Positions 10,229 to 21,163 are shown, counted from the first letter of the stretch. The stretch: DNA of 64,000 nt from Gammaproteobacteria bacterium (GCA_965221955.1 CBDCTA010000018.1:32001-96000); one strand, 5' to 3'. Notes: generated by a model not told the origin, from the letters alone. Made by a program: numbers and translations.

Positions 10229-10492
10229 CTACCTTACAAGAATATTCTGTTTATTTTTTTCTAACGTTTTAGGACCAATTCCTTTTACATTAACAATTTC
10301 TTCAGCGCTATAAAAAGGACCATTCTCTTTTCTATATTCTATAATTGCCTGCGCTTTTTTCGGACCAACCCCAATTAAGTTTTCAGCCAGCTCCTCTGCA
10401 CCTGCCTCATTGATATTGACAGGCTCAGCACTTGCAACAGATATAAATAAAAAAACAAATGAAATTAGTAATACGCGCAACATCAAACCCAC
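10229..10492 (-). CDS. comEA: ComEA-type helix-hairpin-helix protein
   Basis: Signal peptide, VNINEA, and two HhH motifs (GVGPKKA, VKGIGPKT). Confidence 0.88.
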   Translation of the reverse strand: MGLMLRVLLISFVFLFISVASAEPVNINEAGAEELAENLIGVGPKKAQAIIEYRKENGPFYSAEEIVNVKGIGPKTLEKNKQNILVR

Positions 10493-10583
10493 CCAACATT
10501 GTTTTTCAGTTAATATGATTTTGTTTAGTTAATCTATCCAGTTTATCTAAAATATTCAAATAAGCTGAAAAAATGATTTGTAA

Positions 10584-11303
10584 TTAATCACTAGAAGACC
10601 AGTTCTCAAGGTATTGATTCATTGTGGCAATTGGGTCCACTGCACGAGTAATTGGCCTACCAACCACAATATAACTTGCACCCACATCATGCGCTTGCTG
10701 GGGAGTAGCTACTCTACTTTGGTCATGTAATTGATCGCTTTGCAAACGTATTCCTGGGGTTACGATCATTGGCTGTACGCCCCATTTTTTCCTAATCTCG
10801 GCTACTTCGTGAACGGAACACACTAAACCGTCCATGTTAACAGCCATCGCGGTTTCCGCCAAAGTTAAAACCGATTCACTGGGTGACCGCTTAATTCCTA
10901 CTCCATTTAATTGCTGCTGATCCATTGAAGTCAAAACCGTTACTGCAACTAAGTTTATTTTTTGAGATGCGCTAGATATAGACTCTCTTGCCGCTTGTAG
11001 CATATTCGCACCACCTAAAGCATGTAGGGTCATCATCCAAACACCTAGACTCGATGCAGACTTGCAAGCTGAAGCAACGGTATTTGGAATATCATGCAGC
11101 TTTAAGTCTAGAAATACCTGATGCCCATTTTTTACCAATTTTTCAACAAACGACGGACCTTCAGCAATAAACAACTCTAAACCTACTTTTAATTTACATG
11201 GATATCCTTGAATATTTTGTAAAAAACTTTCTGTCTGCTTAGCATTTGGATAATCCAACGCAACAATAATTGGATTCTCTTCTCGTATTTCTTCTTTTGG
11301 CAT
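10584..11303 (-). CDS. pyrF: Orotidine-5'-phosphate decarboxylase
   Basis: IIVALD, KVGLEL, FLDLKLHDIPNTV, VTPGIR, VVGRPIT. Confidence 0.98.
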   Translation of the reverse strand: MPKEEIREENPIIVALDYPNAKQTESFLQNIQGYPCKLKVGLELFIAEGPSFVEKLVKNGHQVFLDLKLHDIPNTVASACKSASSLGVWMMTLHALGGANMLQAARESISSASQKINLVAVTVLTSMDQQQLNGVGIKRSPSESVLTLAETAMAVNMDGLVCSVHEVAEIRKKWGVQPMIVTPGIRLQSDQLHDQSRVATPQQAHDVGASYIVVGRPITRAVDPIATMNQYLENWSSSD

Positions 11304-11317
11304 TGCTATTTTATTTC

Positions 11318-12478
11318 TTAATTTAAACTAGGCATTATGGGTACTACCGTACCCCAGTTGTGACAACTTGGGCATTGCCAATATAGTAATTTGCCATGAA
11401 AACCGCATTGCTTACATTGATGCGTGCTACGATTGCTAATAAACTGCTCTACACTTTCTTGAATTTTAGCCAAACCTAACTCGCTTACAGATTCATGCTC
11501 AGACGTTTTACTTTTTAAAAAACCATTTACTTCAAGCAAGGATAATTCAGATTTTTCTAATAGCCAATCTAGGATTAATTTTTTTTCTGCATCATCCTCA
11601 TCTAAATTCTCAAGCAAGTTGGACAAAGTCAGACCACCTAGACTTGAATCTTTTATATTGCGCAAAAATTGCTTAAATCCTTCATAATCATTTTGCTCAA
11701 TAAAAGCTTTTCGTAAATCCATAAACACTTCAGGAAGATATTCTGGTTTTTGTTTTGCCACCGCAATATAAAATTTTATTGCAGATTTGTAGTTTTCCTC
11801 ATGCATAGCAATATGACCTAATAAAACGCTGGCACGTGCGCAATTTTTATCACTGGAAAGTGCTTTCTTAGCTAATTGTTTTGCAATTTTCTGCGGGTCA
11901 TCATCTGCTTTATCTAAAGCCACTTCGCTAAGTTCACAATAATAATGGGCAGTAATATGATTCAATTTTTTACCCATCACCTTTTCTAGTTTCTTAGTGG
12001 TTTGGATAGCTAATTCCCACTCTTTTTCCTGCTCATATAAACCTAACAAGAGTGGATAAGCCTCATCGGTCTGTATACCAATATCAATAACGTCTTTGAG
12101 CAAAGATTCAGCGCGATCAAGCAAACCTGCTTTAAGGTAGTCTTTGGCAAGTTCAAGCAAAGCAGTCGACTTATCTACCGCTTCAAGTGTAGGTCGTGCA
12201 ATTAAATTTTGATGAATACGAATCGCCCGATCCACTTCGCCTCGACGTCGAAACATATTACCAAGTACTAGATGTGTTTCGACGGTTTCAGTATCTACAT
12301 CAACCAAATCAATAAACACTTCCAACGCCTTATCAGGCTGTTCGTTTAACAAATAATTTAAACCTTTTAGATATTCGCCTGGAATTTTAGGCTTGGAACG
12401 ATTTTTGTAAAAAATTTGTGCTAGAAACCAACCCGCAACACCTGCTAATAGAAGCAGCAACCAGTATAACTCTGGCAT
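11318..12478 (-). CDS. lapB: LPS assembly protein B
   Basis: N-terminal TM, YLKGLNYLLNEQPDKA, RRRGEVDRAIRIHQNL, TPRs and a rubredoxin domain (CKQCG...WQCPSC). Confidence 0.96.
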   Translation of the reverse strand: MPELYWLLLLLAGVAGWFLAQIFYKNRSKPKIPGEYLKGLNYLLNEQPDKALEVFIDLVDVDTETVETHLVLGNMFRRRGEVDRAIRIHQNLIARPTLEAVDKSTALLELAKDYLKAGLLDRAESLLKDVIDIGIQTDEAYPLLLGLYEQEKEWELAIQTTKKLEKVMGKKLNHITAHYYCELSEVALDKADDDPQKIAKQLAKKALSSDKNCARASVLLGHIAMHEENYKSAIKFYIAVAKQKPEYLPEVFMDLRKAFIEQNDYEGFKQFLRNIKDSSLGGLTLSNLLENLDEDDAEKKLILDWLLEKSELSLLEVNGFLKSKTSEHESVSELGLAKIQESVEQFISNRSTHQCKQCGFHGKLLYWQCPSCHNWGTVVPIMPSLN

Positions 12479-12771
12479 TAATGTGAACTCTTGATAGGTA
12501 GCTGTCTAAGATTTGCTACTTCTTGCTCTGCCACAGCAACTTTTTTTGCTAATACACGGGCTTTATTTTTGTTTTTTAGCACTAAACTTATACTAAATAA
12601 CAAACCTACTAATGCGCCTAAAATAAAGCACACCAACATCGTTAAGCCCAGAGGGACTTGAAAACTCTGTATAACCAAGTTTAAAGAAACTAAGTCAAGA
12701 TTTTCTAGTGTGAAAATAAAAAATAGGAGAACGAGTGCGAGAAAAAAAATAAATAGTAAAAAACGTACCAT
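12478..12771 (-). CDS. lapA: LPS assembly protein A
   Basis: Two TM segments plus a coiled tail ending NLRQLPI. It sits between ihfB and lapB, the conserved position. Confidence 0.88.
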   Translation of the reverse strand: MVRFLLFIFFLALVLLFFIFTLENLDLVSLNLVIQSFQVPLGLTMLVCFILGALVGLLFSISLVLKNKNKARVLAKKVAVAEQEVANLRQLPIKSSH

Positions 12772-12810
12772 TTAATTTAAAACAAATTGCAACCCAACTA
12801 TAAAATAGAA

Positions 12811-13131
12811 CTAATCTTGTGAGGCGCTACGGTTTACTCGCTCACGCAGCTCTTTACCTGGCTTAAAATGTGGCACATGTTTTCCCGGTAAGGATACGGC
12901 ATCGCCAGTTTTAGGATTACGACCAATTCGTGGAGGCCTAAAATGTAACGAGAAACTCCCAAAACCACGAATCTCAATACGATCACCTTGAGAAAGAGAG
13001 GTGCTCATTTGCTCAATGATACTTTTAATCGATAACTCAATATCTTTATGAGCGAGATGATTTTGTTTTAACGATATTTTTTCAATCAGCTCCGACTTGG
13101 TAATCATGTTTTTATCATCGTTTATACTCAT
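12811..13131 (-). CDS. ihfB: Integration host factor beta subunit
   Basis: [46 protein letters not shown] upstream; the gene follows rpsA. Confidence 0.97.
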   Translation of the reverse strand: MSINDDKNMITKSELIEKISLKQNHLAHKDIELSIKSIIEQMSTSLSQGDRIEIRGFGSFSLHFRPPRIGRNPKTGDAVSLPGKHVPHFKPGKELRERVNRSASQD

Positions 13132-13171
13132 GAGTTACTCCTAACATTTGGAACTTAAAATTCTACAAAGT

Positions 13172-14857
13172 TTATTCAGCCGAACTTTCGTTTTTATCCT
13201 CGATAGACTCTTTCAAAATATCTCCGAGATTCATTGAAGCCGACTCATTACTGCTGTATTCCTGCATGGCTTCAGATTCCTCTTCATAGTCCTTAGCTTT
13301 GATGGATAAGTTTATCGTCCTAGATTTTTTATCTACACCGATAAATTTAGCTTCAACCTGTTCACCCTCTTTCAATACTGTTCTCGCATCTTCAACACGA
13401 TCCCGTGCAATTTCAGAGGCCTTAAGTATACCCTCTACACCCTCTGCTAATACAATAGTTGCTGCTTTTGCGTCCACCTCGCTTACCGTTCCTGTAACGA
13501 TACTGCCTTTAGGATGTTCGGCGAAAAAGCCTGAAAATGGATCTTTCTCCATCTGTTTCACGCCCAAAGAGATACGCTCACGCTCAGCATCTACCGATAA
13601 CACCATAGCACGCAACTCGTCACCCTTCTTATAATTACGAACGGCTTCTTCGCCTGTTTCATTCCAAGAAAGATCAGACAAGTGCACCAAGCCATCGATA
13701 CCCCCATCTAAGCCAACAAATATTCCAAAGTCAGTGATTGATTTAATCGTACCGGTAACTTCACTGCCTTTATCATGGCTGCTGGCAAAGTCATCCCATG
13801 GGTTCGCTTTACATTGTTTCATTCCGAGGGAAATTCGTCGACGCTCTTCATCAATATCCAAGATCATCACTTCGACTTCATCACCTAGGGATACAATTTT
13901 CGCAGGATTTACATTCTTATTGGTCCAGTCCATTTCAGAAACGTGTACCAAGCCCTCAATCCCTTCTTCGATTTCAACAAAACAACCATAATCAGCAATG
14001 TTGGTAACCTTACCGAATATACGAGTACTTTCAGGATAACGACGATTAATATCTCTCCAAGGATCATCATCCAACTGTTTCAAACCAAGTGACACGCGCG
14101 TTTTCTCTTTATCAAACTTCAGTACGCGTACTTCAATTTCATCACCAATTGCTACAATTTCTGATGGATGCTTAACCCGCTTCCATGCCATATCGGTGAT
14201 GTGTAATAAACCATCCACGCCACCTAAATCTAAAAACGCGCCATAATCGGTCAAGTTTTTAACAATACCCTTAACCACTGCACCTTCTTTTAGCGCCTCA
14301 ATAAGCTCTTCGCGTTCTGCACTGTATTCCGATTCAACTACAGCACGACGTGAGACCACAACGTTATTACGTTTGAGATCGATCTTGATGACTTTGAATT
14401 CTAATTCTTTGCCTTCGAGATATGAGGTATCGCGTACAGGACGTACATCGACTAAAGATCCTGGCAAGAAAGCACGTAGATCACCAAGCTCTACTGTAAA
14501 TCCACCTTTAACTTTGCCTGTAATGGTGCCAGTAATGGTTTCACCTGACTCATGAACCGCTTCTAATTCAGTCCATGCTTTAGCACGGCGTGCTTTTTCA
14601 CGCGAAAGTTTTGTTTCACCATAACCATCTTCAAGCATGTCTAAAGCAACTTCAACGGAGTCACCTACCTCAACTTCTAACACACCATCAGTAACCTTAA
14701 ACTGATCAATGGGAATGATGCCTTCAGACTTCAAACCAGCATAAACGATTACGGCATCTTTATTGATATCAACGACAGTACCGTTGATGATGGTACCCGG
14801 CTGGGTATTTAGATTAGATACGCTCTCTTCAAAGAGCTCTGCAAAACTTTCACTCAT
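13172..14857 (-). CDS. rpsA: 30S ribosomal protein S1
   Basis: [12 protein letters not shown] start and six S1 repeats ([34 protein letters not shown]). Confidence 0.99.
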   Translation of the reverse strand: MSESFAELFEESVSNLNTQPGTIINGTVVDINKDAVIVYAGLKSEGIIPIDQFKVTDGVLEVEVGDSVEVALDMLEDGYGETKLSREKARRAKAWTELEAVHESGETITGTITGKVKGGFTVELGDLRAFLPGSLVDVRPVRDTSYLEGKELEFKVIKIDLKRNNVVVSRRAVVESEYSAEREELIEALKEGAVVKGIVKNLTDYGAFLDLGGVDGLLHITDMAWKRVKHPSEIVAIGDEIEVRVLKFDKEKTRVSLGLKQLDDDPWRDINRRYPESTRIFGKVTNIADYGCFVEIEEGIEGLVHVSEMDWTNKNVNPAKIVSLGDEVEVMILDIDEERRRISLGMKQCKANPWDDFASSHDKGSEVTGTIKSITDFGIFVGLDGGIDGLVHLSDLSWNETGEEAVRNYKKGDELRAMVLSVDAERERISLGVKQMEKDPFSGFFAEHPKGSIVTGTVSEVDAKAATIVLAEGVEGILKASEIARDRVEDARTVLKEGEQVEAKFIGVDKKSRTINLSIKAKDYEEESEAMQEYSSNESASMNLGDILKESIEDKNESSAE

Positions 14858-14896
14858 AGTAATTTTAAAACAATTCCTATTATTCTTAGGGATCGG

Positions 14897-15598
14897 TTAA
14901 GGCCGGCCGCGAACAAGATCAGCAATTCGATTTACGACTTGCTCAATCGATAAATTTGTCGAATCAACAAGTAGAGCGTCAGCGGCAGGACGTAATGGAG
15001 AGACTTTGCGATTTTGATCCCTAGAATCTCGCGTCTCTATGTCACTCAAAAGGGGGCCAAGGCTAGCACTAATGCCTTGTTTCTTCAACTGTTTTTGCCT
15101 TCTCAACGCTCTCTCTTTAGGGCTGGCTGTAAGGAAAAATTTATCCCCAGCATCTGGGAAAACCACAGTCCCCATATCCCTGCCTTCAGCCACCAAGCCT
15201 GGAGGATGTCGAAAAGATCGCTGTTTATCCATCAAAGCTTGCCGAACTTTTGGAATAGCGGCTAACTGAGAGGCCCTCGCCGCACATTCTTCCGTACGCA
15301 ACTCAGAAGAGATTTCTTTATCGTTCAAAAATACCGTTACATGTTCATGTGAAGATTCGCTCAAATCTTGAGCATCAAAACCAAAACGAACTTGCATTTG
15401 CTCGCATAAACTCAATAGGCCATTAATATCTGAGACATCTACATTTTGTTGCTGGCTTTGTAACGCCAAAATTCTATACAACGCACCACTATCTAAATAG
15501 TGATACTGCAAAGTGGCTGCCAACTGCCTGGCGACGGTTCCCTTCCCCGATCCAGCAGGTCCATCAATCGTGACAACAGGGATCGTTTTATCAACCAT
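14897..15598 (-). CDS. cmk: Cytidylate kinase
   Basis: TIDGPAGSGKGT, LDSGALYR, VAEGRDMGTVVFP; upstream of rpsA. Confidence 0.97.
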   Translation of the reverse strand: MVDKTIPVVTIDGPAGSGKGTVARQLAATLQYHYLDSGALYRILALQSQQQNVDVSDINGLLSLCEQMQVRFGFDAQDLSESSHEHVTVFLNDKEISSELRTEECAARASQLAAIPKVRQALMDKQRSFRHPPGLVAEGRDMGTVVFPDAGDKFFLTASPKERALRRQKQLKKQGISASLGPLLSDIETRDSRDQNRKVSPLRPAADALLVDSTNLSIEQVVNRIADLVRGRP

Positions 15599-15612
15599 CA
15601 GTTACACATATA

Positions 15613-16921
15613 TTAATGTTGTGAAATATTCAAACCGAGTGCTGCAGTAATTTCTACAAAGCCAGGAAAGGAAGTAGAAACATTTTCTGTGTTATGCACG
15701 ACAATTTCTGTTTCAGATTGTATGGATGCAATTGCAAAAGCCATAGCAATGCGATGATCACCATCGCTATCAATTTCCCCACCTTTAAAATTTCCACCGG
15801 TTATTGCGATCCCATCCGGTTTTTCTGTGACTTCTATACCTAAGGCTTGCAAACCTTTTGCCATATTGGCAATGACGATCTGATTCTTTAACACGTAACT
15901 CTTCAGCACCTTGCAAAGTAGTAACCCCCTTCGCACAGGCTGCGGCAATAAAAATGATCGGAAATTCGTCAATGGAGTTTGCTATTAAATGCTGTGGAAT
16001 TTCAATTCCATGTAATTCGCTATTGTGCACAACAATATCCGCGACGGGTTCTTCACCAAAATGAGTTGGGTTAATAATTTCAATTTTTGCACCCATGCTA
16101 CGTAAAATTTGGATAACACCATCACGAGTTGGGTTCACGCCTACTTTGCGAATGGTAAGCTCAGCATGTTTTGAAATTAAAGCCGCAACCATTAAAAATG
16201 CTGCAGATGAAATATCACCAGGCACTTGTATCAAGTTGGCTTTTAAGCTGCCATTGCCTTGCAAACATATAGACTTACCATCAACTTCTACAGGATAAGA
16301 AAAGCTTTGCAACATTCTTTCTGTATGATCACGTGTAACTGTATTTTCTATTACACAGGTTTTACCTTGAGCGAATAAACCTGCTAATAAAACGCATGAC
16401 TTCACCTGTGCACTGGGCACTGGCAGTGTGTACTTAATCGCATGCAGTACATTGACCGGATGAATCACTAGAGGTGGTGTGTAATTCTCTTCACTCGCAA
16501 TATCTGCACCCATTTCTTTCAATGGCATTTGTATGCGTTGCATCGGACGCTTTGAAAGAGAAGCATCACCAATTAAAGAAGATGAGAAATCTTGCCCACA
16601 GAGAATGCCCGCGATTAAACGCATAGCGGTACCTGAATTACCCATATCAAGTACACCACTAGGCGCACATAAGCCCCTCAATCCAACACCATTTATACTT
16701 ATATTGGTGGCTCCTTGACGATCAAAGCACACACCCATGTTCTGAAATGCGCTTAATGTCGCTTCGCAATCGCTAGAAGGTAGAAAACCACTCACTTGGC
16801 TTTCACCCTTCGCAAGTGAAGCCAACATGATTGCACGATGCGATATCGACTTATCACCAGGGACTCGCGTTTCACCGCTACAAAATGAACCAGGTTGCAA
16901 ACGGAAATAGGCAGAAGACAT
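15613..16921 (-). CDS. aroA: EPSP synthase, frameshifted by a 1-bp insertion at 15874/15875 (assembly artefact or pseudogene)
   Basis: ORF 15785..16921 carries PGDKSISHR, GNSGTAMR, SAQVKS, RDHTE and ELRVKESDR. The C-terminus (IANMAKGL...GDHRIAMAF...TSFPGF) is in the next frame. Removing one base from GAT CGT C ATT gives a single 435-aa ORF. Confidence 0.95.
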
Positions 16922-17781
16922 TAATTATTTATATTTTCATTACGCAGCTGTTTTGCTCGCATAAATAATTCATGGATTGCAGCCTTGTCTTGATTAGCAA
17001 TCTTCAGTTTTAAATCTTCAAGACATTTGATATAGCCTTCTATCGATTTAATAATTTCGTCTTTGTTTCCCACACAAATGTCTGCCCACATCGTTGGATC
17101 ACTCGATGCAATACGAGTAAAATCATAAAAGCCGCCAGCAGCGTAGTTGAAAATACTCTTTGCATCCTCACGCTGACCTAAATAATTCACTAAATTATAA
17201 GCCACCATATGCGGCAAATGACTGGTAGCAGATAAAATAGAATCATGCAGCTCTGCAGACATCACATCTACGTTAGCGCCCACGTTCTGCCACATTTTTG
17301 TTACCACATTCAACGCATTTTCCGCTGTTTTCTCAGTAGGTGTTAAAATAACTTTGCGATCTTTGTATAGATGCTCACGCGCATACTCAAAACCGCTTTG
17401 CTCACTTCCAGCAATCGGATGACCAGGCACAACATTCTCAGGTAACTCACCAAATACCTCACATGCAGCTTGAATAACATTCAATTTACTGCTTCCAACA
17501 TCTGTCAACAATGTCTTTGAATTTAAAGTTGGTTTAATTACTTCAAAAGAAGCTTTAATTTTTGTTACAGGTACACCGATGACAATCAAATCGGCGTTCG
17601 TAACATCAACATTGTTCAACACCTGATATTCATTAATGATGTTTAAAGATTGTGCTTTGGCTAAACGATTTGCATCACGGCCAATCCCCACAACTTTCTT
17701 AGCAAGTTGTTGCTGTTTTAAGTCTTTCGCAAGCGAGGCATTAATAAGGCCAACGCCAATTAGATAAACACTATCAAACAT
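16921..17781 (-). CDS. tyrA: Prephenate/arogenate dehydrogenase
   Basis: GVGLI Rossmann start, TDVGSSK, GHPIAGSE, HD...SHLPH, GGFYDFTRIASS. Confidence 0.93.
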   Translation of the reverse strand: MFDSVYLIGVGLINASLAKDLKQQQLAKKVVGIGRDANRLAKAQSLNIINEYQVLNNVDVTNADLIVIGVPVTKIKASFEVIKPTLNSKTLLTDVGSSKLNVIQAACEVFGELPENVVPGHPIAGSEQSGFEYAREHLYKDRKVILTPTEKTAENALNVVTKMWQNVGANVDVMSAELHDSILSATSHLPHMVAYNLVNYLGQREDAKSIFNYAAGGFYDFTRIASSDPTMWADICVGNKDEIIKSIEGYIKCLEDLKLKIANQDKAAIHELFMRAKQLRNENINN

Positions 17782-17800
17782 ATAAGTATGGAATAATTAG

Positions 17801-18883
17801 CTACAAAGCGGCGCGAGGATAGGAACCTAAAACTTTCAAAAGATCTGCTTCAGCTTTTAACTCTGCAATACAATTTTTTATGGTTTCCGTTTTCATATGG
17901 CCTTCCAAATCTAGAAAGAAGACATATTCCCAATTCACACAGTGTGAAGGTCTGGATTCTATGCGTGTCATGCTGACATTATTTTTCGCCAAAGGCTGCA
18001 ATAAATTATAAAGCGCTCCTGGTTTATTACGTGCAGAAATTAGCAAGGTGGTCTTGTCATCACCGGTTGGTTCTACATCCTGTTTGCCAATTATTAAAAA
18101 CCGGGTGGTGTTGTCTGGCGAGTCTTCGATATTTTTATTTTGAATCGTTAAACCATACACATCCGCTGCAGTTTCGCTAGCAATCGCGGCAGCATTTTTT
18201 TCATTTGCAGCACGTCTTGCAGCATCCGCGTTACTACCTACGGGCACACGTTTAACACCTGGAAGATGTGTTTCCAGCCATTTCTTACACTGCGCAAGAG
18301 ATTGCTGGTGAGAATACAATACTTCTATATCCGCAAGTTGTTCAGTATTACATAACAAATGTTGATGCACTCGCAGTTCTACTTCGCCGACAATACTCAA
18401 CGTCGATTCTAAAAACATATCTAGAGTACTGTTTACAATTCCTTGGGTAGAATTCTCAATCGGCACTACACCATAGTTTGCGTTATCGGATTCCACTTCA
18501 CGAAACACATCATCAATGCTATTAGCCGCCAAAGTTTGAATGGAATGTCCGAAATGCTTGTAGGCTGCCTCTTCAGTAAACGTTCCTTCTGGGCCAAGAA
18601 AAGCTACTTGTAATCTTTGCTCTAAGGCAAGACATGCAGACATCACCTCACGAATGAGTCTTGCCATTTCTTCGTCAGACAATGGTCCTTGATTATGCTC
18701 CAACACACGCTTCAAGACACTCGCTTCACGATCAGGACGGTAATAAACACTTCCTTCCCCTGACTCCGCTTTCACTTGTGCCACTTGTTGTGCAAGCTTG
18801 GCACGATTACTGATCAGTTCAAGCAATTGCTTATCAACTGCATCAATTTGCTCACGCAGCTTGGTAAGTGATTTTTTACTCAT
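17801..18883 (-). CDS. pheA: Chorismate mutase/prephenate dehydratase (P-protein)
   Basis: LREQID chorismate mutase domain, FLGPEGTF, VVPIENS, NTTRF and an ACT domain (IESRP). The ATG at 18883 (MSKKSL) is preferred to the ORF-track TTG start at 18955. Confidence 0.97.
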   Translation of the reverse strand: MSKKSLTKLREQIDAVDKQLLELISNRAKLAQQVAQVKAESGEGSVYYRPDREASVLKRVLEHNQGPLSDEEMARLIREVMSACLALEQRLQVAFLGPEGTFTEEAAYKHFGHSIQTLAANSIDDVFREVESDNANYGVVPIENSTQGIVNSTLDMFLESTLSIVGEVELRVHQHLLCNTEQLADIEVLYSHQQSLAQCKKWLETHLPGVKRVPVGSNADAARRAANEKNAAAIASETAADVYGLTIQNKNIEDSPDNTTRFLIIGKQDVEPTGDDKTTLLISARNKPGALYNLLQPLAKNNVSMTRIESRPSHCVNWEYVFFLDLEGHMKTETIKNCIAELKAEADLLKVLGSYPRAAL

Positions 18884-19008
18884 AATCGATGTTGAAAATC
18901 TAGTGAAGATAGGCTGACATGAATCAACCAAATCGCTGTACTCTAATATAGCCAAGCAGAATACTACAAATTCTTAGTGAGATAGGCACAGAATTTAACA
19001 ATACGCAT

Positions 19009-19035
19009 AAAAAAGCTCGCTATAAGCAGGCTTTT
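19009..19035 (-). terminator. Degenerate intrinsic terminator, paralog of the one at 21164..21198
   Basis: aaaaaagctcgctataagcaggctttt compared with the intact aaaaaagcccgcttaaagcgggctttttt. It lies directly downstream of the PEP-CTERM pseudogene. Confidence 0.6.
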
Positions 19036-19058
19036 ATAAATAAATGGTTATTTAGAAG

Positions 19059-19619
19059 CTAAACTAGACTTTGCTTTATTCGTGCAAATCCCAAGCCCAA
19101 TAGGCCTAAACTCATCAAATCAAAAGTTGCTGACTCAGGGACTTCCACTTTAGGACCTCAAAGATCTAACCCAACCCATATTGAGCCACACGAATATCCA
19201 TACGCATTTGTACAAGTTAAATCCGCACTACCCCATAGTTTCAGGTCAGAGTATGACACATAGTTATCGTACCAGCCGCCATACCAGCCATCGGCTTTAA
19301 ACCTAAATGCACCTGTATAGGTTCAGTAAGCTTTTTCAACGTTAACATACAACCTTCCCCAGCCATTCTCATTCAACCTACCTCTTAATACATTTATAGT
19401 AGTTCCACCATTTAAACTTGTAAGAGAACCATAGATGTTTTTAAACCACCCACCATCAGTTCATTTATCGGATAGTGATCCATTTAACCCAAAGTTCCAA
19501 TCACCATGTACAACATTCCAATTATTATTAGTGTTCTCAAATGTGTAACTACCCTACCTGGTATTGCCCAAGCACTTATATACTTAAAAACAGTTGGAAT
19601 GGTTACAAGTTTATTTCAT
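19059..19619 (-). pseudogene. Decayed paralog of the PEP-CTERM gene at 21224..21793
   Basis: Frame 19553->19059 reads GSYTFEN...NFGLNGSLSDK*TDGGWFKNIYG...KAY*TYTGAFRF...GWYGGWYDNYVS...LKLWG...WVGLDL*GPKVEVPESATFDLMSLGLLGLGFARIKQSLV*. There are three internal TGA codons and two apparent frameshifts in the signal-peptide region. Confidence 0.88.
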
Positions 19620-19684
19620 AAATCACTTTAATATTAATTTAATTAACTCGTTTTCAATCATGAGCAATATTTAAATTAGATCAA

Positions 19685-21061
19685 TCAAGATGAAGCAGCT
19701 CTGCAAAACTCTTCATAGCTCACATTCTCAGGTAGTGATATGAGCGCATTAATTCTCACTCTAACAACAGGTTTACCAAAACAATCTGCCACAATATTTT
19801 CTAATATATTTTCTATATCATCCTTAATTAACGCTGATTTAGTATTTACTCCAGCCTTATATAAGCTATGTATTGCACCTTCCTTAAGATTATTTGCATA
19901 CTGCAAAAGTGCGACATCAATCATTGCTGTTGATAGATCATCCTCCACTAAATTTTTTCTCTTTATTCTTTCAAGGTTCTTTTCTATAGCTATTGATCGT
20001 GCAGAGATTGCTGATTTTTCATCACCTAATTCCGTATACACCACAGCAAGACGTGAATGAATTTTATGAGCATTTTCTAGAGTGAGATTGTTCTTTAACT
20101 CTCCTTCAAGACGTATAAGAATCGTATTGGCATTATCTAGCTCATTTAATTGCTTCATTGCCTTTGCTCTAATTAAGTTAGTATTCCAACGTTTCGCATT
20201 AGCTCTAGATTCGACATAATCAAGAACAGTAATCGCTTTATCTCCCATACCACGTTTAACAAAGCTATCTGCAATACCATGCCATCGAGTAGACAAACTA
20301 TACTCAGTACCTCGCTCAAAAGTGCAAATTAATGCAACAATCAATGCAATGCCCAAAGCTATCAGATGGATAGATCTTACAAATTTGAAGTGAAACGAAG
20401 CACTTAGCCAATGCACTGAAAGAAATAACATGCTTAAACCTATCAACAGCTCACCAATCTCTGACCCCTTGTATGTATGATTAAACGCTAACATATACCC
20501 TGTAATTGCTATTATTGGAGCAAGAAATAATGGCGCGGTCGGCAACTTAATTATTTCCTGCAGATGACCCAGTTTAGGAACAAGTTTTACAAATAATGGA
20601 TAGCATGCATAAAGAATAAAACTACAACCTACTATTATGTACGTTAGCTTATCGGGCGAAAGTGCTCTTATATTATGAAACCCGATTTCATTTTGAAAAT
20701 TATATGTCTTAAAGAATTCTGGACTATCTAGCCAGAATATGCGTTGACCCCAGCTTATCTCCTCCATGCTAATCAAAAACAAGCCTATCATTAGTATGGC
20801 ATACCAAATTTTTGCCAAAGAGTGTTCTTTAGAGAAAAATACGATTAGCGCCAAAATGAATGAAGCTAGCCCTAGAGATGAAAACGTTAACCACTCACCA
20901 ACTTGGTCTTCAGTAACTAAATAAATATAAAAATGCGGATAAAGCAAATACGTAAAAAGTATGCCAAGCAAAATAAGTCCCTGAACAATAATCATAAAAA
21001 TAGTAGGACTTAATACTGAATCACCTTGAACAGGTCTAGAGCTTTGAGTCAATATCTTCAT
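19685..21061 (-). CDS. Membrane protein with a C-terminal TPR-like helical domain
   Basis: About 7 TM segments with EDQVGEW, EEISWGQR and QNEIGFHN, followed by TPR-like helices (HSRLAVVYTELGDEKSA). Confidence 0.7.
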   Translation of the reverse strand: MKILTQSSRPVQGDSVLSPTIFMIIVQGLILLGILFTYLLYPHFYIYLVTEDQVGEWLTFSSLGLASFILALIVFFSKEHSLAKIWYAILMIGLFLISMEEISWGQRIFWLDSPEFFKTYNFQNEIGFHNIRALSPDKLTYIIVGCSFILYACYPLFVKLVPKLGHLQEIIKLPTAPLFLAPIIAITGYMLAFNHTYKGSEIGELLIGLSMLFLSVHWLSASFHFKFVRSIHLIALGIALIVALICTFERGTEYSLSTRWHGIADSFVKRGMGDKAITVLDYVESRANAKRWNTNLIRAKAMKQLNELDNANTILIRLEGELKNNLTLENAHKIHSRLAVVYTELGDEKSAISARSIAIEKNLERIKRKNLVEDDLSTAMIDVALLQYANNLKEGAIHSLYKAGVNTKSALIKDDIENILENIVADCFGKPVVRVRINALISLPENVSYEEFCRAASS

Positions 21062-21163
21062 TTAATAATATTACTACAGCATTTGTATTAGATTTTATAT
21101 GCGCCTCACACAACCAAAAAATAAGTCGTTTACGCTTACGTTTAGATCGAAATTAAATATGCA

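Noticed and set aside
13299-15269. Several plus-strand ORFs over rpsA and cmk
   Set aside because: They are shadow ORFs antisense to conserved genes. The same applies to the other short antisense ORFs across the window.
15613-15972. 119-aa ORF as an independent gene, or programmed frameshifting in aroA
   Set aside because: It is the out-of-frame AroA C-terminus, and there is no slippery run at the shift site.
19059-19553. TGA-to-Trp or selenocysteine recoding to explain the three in-frame TGA codons
   Set aside because: Other genes end at TGA (6429, 19685, 22006, 25556) and TGG is used normally. The same copy also has frameshifts and a damaged PEP motif and terminator, so decay is the simpler explanation.
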